Assembly: GCA_949286775.1 (NCBI GenBank)
Contig: CASEDW010000056.1
Coordinates: 1-31,420, forward strand
Direction: 5' to 3'
Length of the DNA: 31,420 bases
DNA from: an uncultured Eubacteriales bacterium
GTDB taxonomy: Bacteria; Bacillota; Clostridia; Lachnospirales; Lachnospiraceae
Notes under the pieces: generated by a model
What the model was told of the DNA's origin: nothing
Database searches by the model: none
Seen by the model: only the letters and a program-made list of their open reading frames with translations
Translations under genes and position numbers: made by a program
Shown here: in pieces, positions 1 to 7,425 of the stretch
How positions within the stretch are numbered: position 1 is the first letter of the stretch
Layout: the number at the start of each line of letters is the position of its first letter

Positions 1-167
1 GGATAGACAAGGGATAAAGCGGTCATCGCGTCTTCGCTGATCTGAGCCACGAAAAAGCTGTCTACTATGTTATAAAGAGAATTTACCATCATGGAGATCA
101 CCATGGGCAGCGCCATTGACAGCATCAGCGGAAGCACAGGTTTTTCTTTCATAAAAGTTTCGTTCAT
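1..167 (-). CDS. MATE family efflux transporter (5' part, runs off the left edge)
   Basis: Reverse complement of 167..1 reads MNETFMKEKPVLPLMLSMALPMVISMMVNSLYNIVDSFFVAQISEDAMTALSLVYP, a typical MATE N-terminus (LYNIVDSFFV). GAGGA RBS upstream. Absent from the ORF track because it is partial. Confidence 0.9.
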   Translation of the reverse strand, partial: MNETFMKEKPVLPLMLSMALPMVISMMVNSLYNIVDSFFVAQISEDAMTALSLVY

Positions 168-229
168 AACATTCCTCATTTTCTAAAGATTTTGTGAGCG
201 GCGATAAATTATCGTCCGGCGCCTGGCGC

Positions 230-263
230 AAAAAAAGCCACGCAGCCGTTAAGACTGTGTGGC
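230..263 (-). terminator. Intrinsic-terminator-like hairpin in the MATE 5' leader
   Basis: Minus strand GCCACACAGTC-TTAAC-GGCTGCGTGGC followed by 7 U (one A-C mismatch, one G-U pair), lying between the promoter and the ATG. Confidence 0.55.
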
Positions 264-311
264 AAAAAGATGATCAAGTCCGGAAAAGTCCACTCAAAAT
301 TTTACGGGCTA

Positions 312-340
312 ATTATAATCAGACTTTCCGCAGCTGTCAA
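312..340 (-). promoter_or_regulatory. Sigma-70/SigA promoter of the MATE gene
   Basis: Minus strand TTGACA (340-335), 17 nt, TATAAT (317-312): perfect consensus. Confidence 0.8.
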
Positions 341-344
341 GAAA

Positions 345-408
345 ATAAAAACTTCAATTTAGTTTTATATAAAAACTTCAATTTGGTTTTAATACAAAAT
401 TTCAATTG
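345..408. repeat. About 2.7 tandem copies of a 24-bp quasi-palindromic AT-rich unit
   Basis: ATAAAAACTTCAATTTAGTTTTAT (345-368), ATAAAAACTTCAATTTGGTTTTAA (369-392), then a partial third copy. The TTCAATT core lies at 353, 377 and 401 (exact 24-bp period). Confidence 0.8.
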
Positions 409-434
409 ACTATTATATGGCATGGGCATATAAT
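406..434 (+). promoter_or_regulatory. Sigma-70/SigA promoter of the thiamine salvage operon
   Basis: TTGACT (406-411), 17 nt, TATAAT (429-434), just upstream of the TPP aptamer. Confidence 0.85.
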
Positions 435-440
435 CCCTAT

Positions 441-524
441 AAAAAGGGGAGCTTACATATGGTAGGCTGAGAGTCGGAGCGCCGAGACCCATGACCTGAT
501 TTGGATAATGCCAACGTAGGAAAA
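441..524 (+). ncRNA. TPP (THI-box) riboswitch aptamer
   Basis: GGGGAGC...GGCTGAGAG...GACCC..GACCTGATTTGGATAATGCCAACGTAGGAA matches the TPP consensus; lies upstream of thiamine genes. Confidence 0.95.
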
Positions 525-544
525 TACGAAAATGACAAGAACGC

Positions 545-574
545 AGGTGATGGGAGTATCCGTCACCTTTTTTT
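545..574 (+). terminator. Terminator hairpin (riboswitch expression platform)
   Basis: AGGTGATGG-GAGTAT-CCGTCACCT followed by a U-tract. Confidence 0.8.
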
Positions 575-581
575 ATTAACA

Positions 582-708
582 GCGGTCTATTAGGAGCACC
601 ATCTTAGGCCGCAATATAAAAACCAATGCGAGGAGGTATCGAGTTATGATGCTAAAAAAAGAAGCATTGGCGATCACCCGGTCATGCGGTGAAGGCGCTT
701 TTATTTTT
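582..708 (+). promoter_or_regulatory. Second structured leader element after the TPP terminator (candidate tandem riboswitch/attenuator, possibly HMP-PP/thiS-motif type)
   Basis: Hairpin GCGGTCTA/TAGGCCGC (582-612). CCAATGC (623-629) can pair with GCATTGG (664-670). Imperfect terminator-like stem AAGC...TCACC-CGGTCATGC-GGTGA...GCTT followed by a U-rich tract (662-708). Class assignment is not verified. Confidence 0.45.
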
Positions 709-728
709 GGAAAGAGAGGTATGGGTTT

Positions 729-1397
729 ATGAATTACACTGTCTCTGACAAAATTTTAAGCGGTAGCAGCAGGATCTGGGATGAGTTTTATACTCATCCT
801 TTTGTTTTGGGGATTGCCGATGGAACATTATCAGAGGAAAAGTTTAAATATTTTATGAAACAGGATTATATGTATCTGTTTGAATACGCTAAGGTATTTT
901 CCATAGGCGCGTCAAAAGCGTATGACACTGAGATGCAGAAAGTATTTTCAGGATATGTATCCGCGATATTGAATAACGAAATGGAAATACACAGAGGATA
1001 TATGAAACGCCTCGGTATAGAGATGGACGAGGTTGAAAAAGAATATATCGCTCAGGACAATTTAAGTTATACGAGCTTCATGCTGAGGGTGGCTTACGAG
1101 ATGGGACCGGCCGAAATATGCGCCGCTATTCTTCCATGCGCCGTGAGCTATGAAATGATTGCCCGCAGAATGATCGAGAATAATCCTGAGTGTGTAAATC
1201 ATCCGTTTTACGGAGAGTGGATAAGGGGATACGCTGCTAAAGAGTATCACGATGATAATGAAGAATTGAAAATGATCACTGAAGAGGCAGCAAGAGGTTT
1301 AGGGGAAGAACACATAGAAAAGCTTGTTGAGATAGGAAGACGAAGCAGCATATATGAGAGAAACTTTTGGGACATGTCCTGGGAGATGCGAAAATAA
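729..1397 (+). CDS. tenA: Thiaminase II / aminopyrimidine aminohydrolase
   Basis: HPFV...F..FMKQDYMYL, catalytic Cys in ILPCAVSY, YGEWI..Y, ERNFWDM; first gene behind the TPP riboswitch. Confidence 0.93.
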   Translation: MNYTVSDKILSGSSRIWDEFYTHPFVLGIADGTLSEEKFKYFMKQDYMYLFEYAKVFSIGASKAYDTEMQKVFSGYVSAILNNEMEIHRGYMKRLGIEMDEVEKEYIAQDNLSYTSFMLRVAYEMGPAEICAAILPCAVSYEMIARRMIENNPECVNHPFYGEWIRGYAAKEYHDDNEELKMITEEAARGLGEEHIEKLVEIGRRSSIYERNFWDMSWEMRK

Positions 1398-1399
1398 TT

Positions 1400-2152
1400 A
1401 TGTTGAAATTTGAAAATATAACTTTTACTTATAAAGGCGAAGAAAATCCTGTTTTAAAAAATCTGTCTTTTTGCGTGGAGGATAAAAGCTTTGTAAGCAT
1501 AATAGGAGCGAGCGGAAGCGGCAAGACAACTATATTCAGGCTGCTCAATTCGCTTGAAAAACCCGACAGCGGAAATATCAGCATAGACGGAAAAAATATA
1601 GAGAATCTAAAGAATTATGCAAGCTATATGCCGCAGCAGGATCTTTTGTTTCCATGGAGGACAGTAGAAAAAAATGTGATGCTTCCAATGCAGATACAGA
1701 AAAAAACGAAACAGGAGCAGGTCAGGATCGCAGGTGAAATTCTTGAAAAAGTAGGGTTATATGAATATTCAAAAAAGTATCCGAGGGAGCTTTCAGGCGG
1801 AATGCGCCAGAGAGTGAGTTTTGCCAGAACCCTTTGTCAGGGCGCGGATATCATGCTTCTTGACGAGCCTTTCAGCGCGCTGGACTCGATTACGAGAATA
1901 AATCTCCGGGAATGGCTACGTGAACAGTGGGAAAATCTGGACAGAACGATTTTGTTTATAACGCATGATGTGGAAGAAGCAATATATCTGTCTGAGAAGA
2001 TACTCGTTCTTACCGGAAATCCCGTAGACGATATAATCGAGATTAAAGTTCCGCTGCCGAAAAAAAGAGACAGAAACATGCTCGAAGAGCCTGACATCAG
2101 GGATTTAAAAGAAAAGCTTATAGAACTTTTACGAAGCGAGGCAAAAGAATGA
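1400..2152 (+). CDS. ABC transporter ATP-binding protein (ThiZ-like)
   Basis: Walker A GASGSGKT, signature LSGGMRQR, Walker B MLLDEP, FITHDVEEA. Likely start is ATG 1400 (MLKFENITF) rather than 1367. Confidence 0.9.
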   Translation: MLKFENITFTYKGEENPVLKNLSFCVEDKSFVSIIGASGSGKTTIFRLLNSLEKPDSGNISIDGKNIENLKNYASYMPQQDLLFPWRTVEKNVMLPMQIQKKTKQEQVRIAGEILEKVGLYEYSKKYPRELSGGMRQRVSFARTLCQGADIMLLDEPFSALDSITRINLREWLREQWENLDRTILFITHDVEEAIYLSEKILVLTGNPVDDIIEIKVPLPKKRDRNMLEEPDIRDLKEKLIELLRSEAKE

Positions 2153-2901
2153 GTCCGAAAAAAAAGAGAGCCATAGGCGTTTTGTTTCTGGTTTTTCTCA
2201 TTGTATTGTGGCAGATAATTTCCCTTATCATAGGAAAAAGTTATCTTCTTCCGGGTCCGGTGGACGTGGTGGAGAACATATGGGAAAACAGAATTGAAAT
2301 TTTCACGGTACATCTTCCGGCTACGCTTCAGGTAGTGGTGTCAGGAGGAATCATCTCAGTTGTTTTGGGATTTTTCCTTGCCATGATCATGGATATGGAC
2401 AGAAGAGTGGAAAAGGCGCTGTATCCTGTTCTGACTGCCACCCAGACAATACCGGTCATGTGTATCGCGCCTGTATTTGTACTCTGGTTCGGATATACGG
2501 TGACGATGAGGATTATCGTGGTTGTTCTGCTGAATTTCTTTTCCGTGGCTGTAAATGTATTTGACGGTCTGAAATCGACAAATACGGGAAGGACAGAACT
2601 TATGCTGACATACGGCGCGTCGCGCCTTCAGCGCTTTTTTTTGCTGAGGCTACCGACAGCTTTGCCCTATCTTTTTACGGCATTAAAAGTAGTCGTTCCG
2701 TGGAGCTTTGTAGGAGCTGCGGTATCCGAGTGGCTCGGGGCTCCGTCAGGACTTGGCATATACAGCAGAAACTGTATGGCGCAGTTTGACGCCGCGGGAC
2801 TTCTGGCTCCTCTGGCGGTGCTTACAGTATTGGCGCTGATATTAAACGGCGTTATATATCTTGCCGAGAAAAAGATTATAACGTGGAAAGGCGAAGTGTG
2901 A
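2149..2901 (+). CDS. ABC transporter permease (ThiX-like, copy 1)
   Basis: Hydrophobic SsuC/TauC-type permease (QTIPVMCIAPVFVLWFG, GASRLQRFFLLRLPTALPYLF, AAVSEWLG); overlaps the ATPase stop. Confidence 0.88.
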   Translation: MSPKKKRAIGVLFLVFLIVLWQIISLIIGKSYLLPGPVDVVENIWENRIEIFTVHLPATLQVVVSGGIISVVLGFFLAMIMDMDRRVEKALYPVLTATQTIPVMCIAPVFVLWFGYTVTMRIIVVVLLNFFSVAVNVFDGLKSTNTGRTELMLTYGASRLQRFFLLRLPTALPYLFTALKVVVPWSFVGAAVSEWLGAPSGLGIYSRNCMAQFDAAGLLAPLAVLTVLALILNGVIYLAEKKIITWKGEV

Positions 2902-2949
2902 CTTTAAAAGCCGTATAGTGACGGATATGATACGTCAGAAAGAGAAAAT

Positions 2950-4182
2950 ATGAATACAAACAAAGAAATCAATATTGAAGAAATAATAAGCAGGATAAAA
3001 GACAAAGCGGGAGAGTACCTTGACGATCAGGTGGAGCTCTTAAGAAATTTTGCGTCCTTTGACAGCGAGACACATTATATAGAGGGAAACAGAAAGGCTG
3101 TCGAGACGGCGAAAAAATACTTATCAGCTTTGGGAGCTGAATTTGAAGAGATTACATATGAAAACGCGGGAACGCATCTTCTCGCGAGGATAAAACCTGA
3201 AAATCCAAAGGGCAGGATCATTTTGAACGCTCATCTTGATACGGTATTTCCGGTCGGATTTGCTAAAGATCATCAGCCTTATATAGAAGGCGACTGGCTG
3301 CACGGACTTGGAGTTATCGACTGTAAAGGAGGCGTGGCCGTAAGCTGCTACGCGCTGTTGATACTGAAAGAGCTCGGACTTCTTCCCGATCTTCAGATAG
3401 ATATCCTCTATACATGCGATGAGGAACAGGGCTCGATGACCGGTCAGAAAGTATTTGAGAAGATCGCTCCGGGAGCTGACGCTGTTTTTATATTTGAGCC
3501 CGGCGATTATAAGGAAAACAAGCCGATTCCGATACTTACGAGCCGACAGGGCGTTATCCTCGGAAATCTTGACATCAAAGGCGTGGAGGCTCATGCGGGA
3601 TGCGATTATTCAAAAGGACACAGCGCCAACAGGGAGTTGGCATATAAGATACTTGAACTCTACAGCTTTAATGACGATAAAAAGGGAATATATTACAACG
3701 CGGCTCCTGTTAGCGGCGGACGTCCCAACGGAGTAGTATCGGGAAGCGCCAACATGCAGTTCTGCGTTGCGGGAATTCCCGACTGGGAATCGTATCATGA
3801 ATGCGAAAAAAAGCTGGATACATTGGGAGATCATGTAAATGACCCTGCTATAAGCCTTGAACTTTCATACAGGATGCTGTTTCCGCCTCAGATTTATCTT
3901 GAGGAAACGGGACGCATATATAAAGTCATCGAAAAGGCGGCGCGGCTTCTTGATGTAGAAGTTGAAGAGGCAGGCGTAAATCCTAACGGAGAGGACATAT
4001 TTCCGGCGACAGACGCGAATTATTTCGCGAGTTACGGAGTGCCCGCACTGGACGGATTTGGAGTTATGGGACTTGGAATGCATACTACGGAAGAAAAGGT
4101 ATATATACCGTCGATCAGAACAAAAACAGAGTTATTCGCGTCTGCTCTTTATCTTTTGGGACACGGATTAAATGAAAAGTAA
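2950..4182 (+). CDS. M20 family metallopeptidase/amidohydrolase; candidate formylaminopyrimidine deformylase (YlmB role)
   Basis: Metal ligand motifs HLDTV, DCKGG, DEEQGS, EPG and C-terminal GMHT are intact. Function is inferred from operon context. Confidence 0.8.
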   Translation: MNTNKEINIEEIISRIKDKAGEYLDDQVELLRNFASFDSETHYIEGNRKAVETAKKYLSALGAEFEEITYENAGTHLLARIKPENPKGRIILNAHLDTVFPVGFAKDHQPYIEGDWLHGLGVIDCKGGVAVSCYALLILKELGLLPDLQIDILYTCDEEQGSMTGQKVFEKIAPGADAVFIFEPGDYKENKPIPILTSRQGVILGNLDIKGVEAHAGCDYSKGHSANRELAYKILELYSFNDDKKGIYYNAAPVSGGRPNGVVSGSANMQFCVAGIPDWESYHECEKKLDTLGDHVNDPAISLELSYRMLFPPQIYLEETGRIYKVIEKAARLLDVEVEEAGVNPNGEDIFPATDANYFASYGVPALDGFGVMGLGMHTTEEKVYIPSIRTKTELFASALYLLGHGLNEK

Positions 4183-4201
4183 AGGAAAAAAAGAGGTAAA
4201 A

Positions 4202-5230
4202 ATGAAGATCAGAAAAACAGCAGCTATTTTATGCGCGGCAGTTATCGCGGCGGGATTGTCAGCATGCGAAACATCGGATGGTACAAAGGAAGGTTCTACA
4301 GAGGGAGGATTAAAAGCGATAGACGTTGTTCTTGACTGGTATCCGAACGCTATTCATACTTTTTTATATGAAGCCATAGACAGAGGATATTTTGAAGAGG
4401 AAGGACTTACAGTAAATCTTATAACTCCGGCCGACAGCGTAGACGCGATATCCTTTGTCGCGAACGGAAAAGCCGAAATAGGACTTACATATCCTGTAGA
4501 GACTATATACGCGGTTGAAAACGGAATGCCTGTCCGGGCGATAGCGGCGGTGTCGCAAAAGCCCCTTGACTGTCTGTGTACCCTTGCTGATTCAGGAATC
4601 ACATTTGATATGTCCACATTAAAAGGAAAAAAGATCGGATATTCAGGTACAGCTGTGGCGGAGGCGACTGTCCGCACGATTACGAGAAACGCGGGACTTA
4701 AAGACGAGGATTACGAACTGATCGACGTCGGCTTTGACCTCGTATCAAGCCTTACGACTAAAAGCGTGGATTTAGTGGCCGGAACATTTATTAACGATGA
4801 AGTCGTTACGATGAGAAACAACGGATATGATGTGACAGTTTACTCGGAGCAGGACTATGGAGTTCCGGAATTATACGGACTCGTGATGGATGTAAATACA
4901 GACGCTTACAATGAAGATCCTGAGATGTATGAGGCTTTCTTAAGAGCCTGCCAAAAGGGATTTGAAGATATGGCCTCAGGCGAAGACGAGGCTATGAGAG
5001 TTGTCATGGAAGAGATGAACAGCGCCGACAACCCTCTTGACGAAGAACAGCAGAGGGAAAGCTACAATATTCTCATGGACTGTATGGAGACTGACGACGC
5101 CGAGTTTCTCTCGATGAGTGAAGAAACCTGGAACGATATAATAAAATGGATGAAAGATTCGAATCTCATCACAGGATCGTATACAGCCGAGAATGTGGCC
5201 GAATTTATTAATCTTACAGCAGGTGAATAA
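4202..5230 (+). CDS. thiY: NMT1/THI5-family ABC substrate-binding lipoprotein (ThiY-like)
   Basis: Lipobox GLSAC. LDWYPNAIHTFLY...GYFEEEGL matches the ThiY N-terminus. GAGGT RBS favours ATG 4202. Confidence 0.82.
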   Translation: MKIRKTAAILCAAVIAAGLSACETSDGTKEGSTEGGLKAIDVVLDWYPNAIHTFLYEAIDRGYFEEEGLTVNLITPADSVDAISFVANGKAEIGLTYPVETIYAVENGMPVRAIAAVSQKPLDCLCTLADSGITFDMSTLKGKKIGYSGTAVAEATVRTITRNAGLKDEDYELIDVGFDLVSSLTTKSVDLVAGTFINDEVVTMRNNGYDVTVYSEQDYGVPELYGLVMDVNTDAYNEDPEMYEAFLRACQKGFEDMASGEDEAMRVVMEEMNSADNPLDEEQQRESYNILMDCMETDDAEFLSMSEETWNDIIKWMKDSNLITGSYTAENVAEFINLTAGE

Positions 5231-5236
5231 AGTATA

Positions 5237-5995
5237 ATGAAAAAAACAAGTGTCGCTGAAAGGATGCCTTCCGTTATTTTAGTGGCTGCGATTTTTGCCG
5301 CATGGCAGATTGCCGCGATGATAATAAATATGCAGCATATACTTCCGTCGCCTGCGGACATAATCTTAAAGATATGGGAGCTTAAGGAAAGTCTGTTTCT
5401 GCATCATCTTCCGTCAACTTTAATAACGATTTTTTCGGGATGGGGACTTTCGATAGTCACAGGTGTTCTATTGGCGTGTTTGATGCGGTTTTCAGCAATT
5501 GCGGAAGCATGTCTTAAGCCGCTTCTTATAATAACCCAGACTGTGCCAGTCATATGTATAAGTCCGCTGTTTGTAGTATGGTTTGGGTATACGATAGGCG
5601 CACGTCTCATAGCGGTGGTTTTGAGCACTTTTTTTGTAATAACGTTAAATACATACGACGGATTCTTAAGCGCCGACATAAAGAAAAAAGAGTGGATGAA
5701 GACATGCGGAGCAAACGCAAGGCAGATATTCTTTTATCTGGAAGTGCCGAGCGCGCTGCCAAAGTTTGTGACGGCTCTTAAGATGACGCTGCCGTGGGCT
5801 GTAATAGACGCCGCCGTCGCTGAGTGGCTTGGAGCGACTGAAGGCCTTGGTTATTTCAGCAAACGAATGATAGGAAAGATGGACGGGGCGGCGGTATTCG
5901 CGCCTGTCGTGATTTTATGCGTGATAGCTCTTATATGTATGGCTGTCTTAAAACATTTGGACAAAAAATATATCAGATACAGAAGCGAAGTCTGA
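5237..5995 (+). CDS. ABC transporter permease (ThiX-like, copy 2)
   Basis: QTVPVICISPLFVVWFG, GANARQIFFYLEVPSALPKF, AAVAEWLG; paralogue of 2149..2901. Confidence 0.88.
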   Translation: MKKTSVAERMPSVILVAAIFAAWQIAAMIINMQHILPSPADIILKIWELKESLFLHHLPSTLITIFSGWGLSIVTGVLLACLMRFSAIAEACLKPLLIITQTVPVICISPLFVVWFGYTIGARLIAVVLSTFFVITLNTYDGFLSADIKKKEWMKTCGANARQIFFYLEVPSALPKFVTALKMTLPWAVIDAAVAEWLGATEGLGYFSKRMIGKMDGAAVFAPVVILCVIALICMAVLKHLDKKYIRYRSEV

Positions 5996-6008
5996 AAGGA
6001 GGCTGAAA

Positions 6009-6806
6009 ATGAAAACAGCGTTGACTATAGCCGGAAGCGATTCGAGCGGCGGAGCCGGAATCCAGGCTGATATAAAAACCATGATAATGAACGGAGTATT
6101 CGCCACCAGCGCGATAACGGCTTTGACGGCTCAAAACACGCTGGGAGTGACAGACATAATGGAGGTGACTCCTGATTTTTTAAGAAAAGAGCTCGACGCC
6201 GTATTTACCGACATATTTCCGGACGCGGTAAAAATAGGAATGGTTTCGTCGGCAGCGCTTATAGAAGTTATAGCCGATGAACTTATAAAATATAACGCGA
6301 AAAATATCGTCGTGGATCCCGTTATGGTGGCGACTTCAGGCTCGGCTCTTATGAGGGACGGCACTGTAGATACGCTTTCGAAAAGACTGCTGCCGATTGC
6401 TGATCTTGCCACGCCTAATATACCGGAGGCGGAGATATTATCAGATATGAAGATCAATAGCAGGGAAGATATGGAAAAGGCAGCGAAAATAATATTTGAA
6501 AGATATAATTGCAGTGTGCTTCTTAAGGGAGGACATGATTTAAATGACGCGAACGATCTGCTCTATACTGAAAATAAAATCAGATGGTTTGAAGGCAAAA
6601 GAATAGATAATCCTAATACCCATGGAACAGGATGTACTCTTTCAAGCGCCATAGCGTCGAATCTGGCCAAAGGATATAATCTGGAAGAATCGGTGAAAAA
6701 AGCAAAAGATTATATTTCAGGAGCCCTTTCGGCGATGCTTGATCTGGGTAAGGGTTCGGGGCCTATGAATCACGCGTTTTGTCTTTCAGGCGAATTTACA
6801 AAATAA
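6009..6806 (+). CDS. thiD: Hydroxymethylpyrimidine/phosphomethylpyrimidine kinase
   Basis: ALTIAGSDSSGGAGIQAD, VVDPVMVATSG, TPNIPEA, NTHGTGCTLSSAIA. Confidence 0.96.
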   Translation: MKTALTIAGSDSSGGAGIQADIKTMIMNGVFATSAITALTAQNTLGVTDIMEVTPDFLRKELDAVFTDIFPDAVKIGMVSSAALIEVIADELIKYNAKNIVVDPVMVATSGSALMRDGTVDTLSKRLLPIADLATPNIPEAEILSDMKINSREDMEKAAKIIFERYNCSVLLKGGHDLNDANDLLYTENKIRWFEGKRIDNPNTHGTGCTLSSAIASNLAKGYNLEESVKKAKDYISGALSAMLDLGKGSGPMNHAFCLSGEFTK

Positions 6807-6822
6807 ATATAAAAAAATTATG

Positions 6823-6860
6823 CAAACTGACTGTATTTTACGGTCAGTTTGTTTTATACT
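6823..6860. promoter_or_regulatory. Inverted repeat between thiD and the ECF S gene (terminator and/or MocR/PdxR-type operator)
   Basis: CAAACTGACTGTA-TTT-TACGGTCAGTTTG followed by TTTTATACT, which contains a -10-like TATACT at 6855-6860. Confidence 0.55.
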
Positions 6861-6891
6861 GTGCTCAGAATTAAAAAGGAGCGTGAATATC

Positions 6892-7416
6892 ATGAAAGAT
6901 ACAGGAATCGCAAAGAAAATAACAATTTACGCACTGTCAATCGCGCTTGTTTGTATTAGCACAACGGTTATACAGATACCGATACCGCTTGGATATATGC
7001 ACCTCGGAAATACTATGATCCTGGCGACGGCGTTTTTATTCGGCCCGGGAGTCGGTTTCTGCGCCGGCGGATTTGGCTCTATGATCGCTGATCTGATCAC
7101 CGGATACGCGTATTGGAGCTTGCCTACGCTGATCATAAAGGGTATTATGGGCTTTGCCATAGGAGCAGTGGCTTATAAGATGAACAGTTCTCATAAGGTG
7201 TTTACGGTTAAGACCTTCGCGGGAACCATTCTTGGAATAGTTATAATGATAGCCGGATATTTCATTGCCGGAAGCATAATATACGGAAGCATTTATACAG
7301 GAGCGCTTCAGATTCCGGGTCTTACGACAGAAGGCGTAATCGGAATAGTTCTGTTTTATGTTTTATGTACGGCGCTTGAAAAGGCAGGATTTTCAAAATT
7401 GCTGAAAAGGATATAA
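6892..7416 (+). CDS. ECF transporter S component (probably vitamin B6 or HMP precursor)
   Basis: ALVCISTTVIQIPIP..GYMHLG...FGPGVGFCAGGFGSMIADLITGYAYWSLPTLIIKG. AGGAG RBS before ATG 6892; directly upstream of pdxK. Confidence 0.85.
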   Translation: MKDTGIAKKITIYALSIALVCISTTVIQIPIPLGYMHLGNTMILATAFLFGPGVGFCAGGFGSMIADLITGYAYWSLPTLIIKGIMGFAIGAVAYKMNSSHKVFTVKTFAGTILGIVIMIAGYFIAGSIIYGSIYTGALQIPGLTTEGVIGIVLFYVLCTALEKAGFSKLLKRI

Positions 7417-7425
7417 CATTTAATT

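Noticed and set aside
345-408. Possible mini CRISPR array
   Set aside because: The units are contiguous with no spacers, and there are no cas genes.
194-409. 71-aa ORF
   Set aside because: No RBS; it spans two promoters and the 24-bp repeats, and its NFNLVL repeats only reflect the DNA repeat.
4202-5230. THI5-type HMP-P synthase
   Set aside because: A lipoprotein signal and flanking ABC permeases and ATPase indicate a substrate-binding protein.
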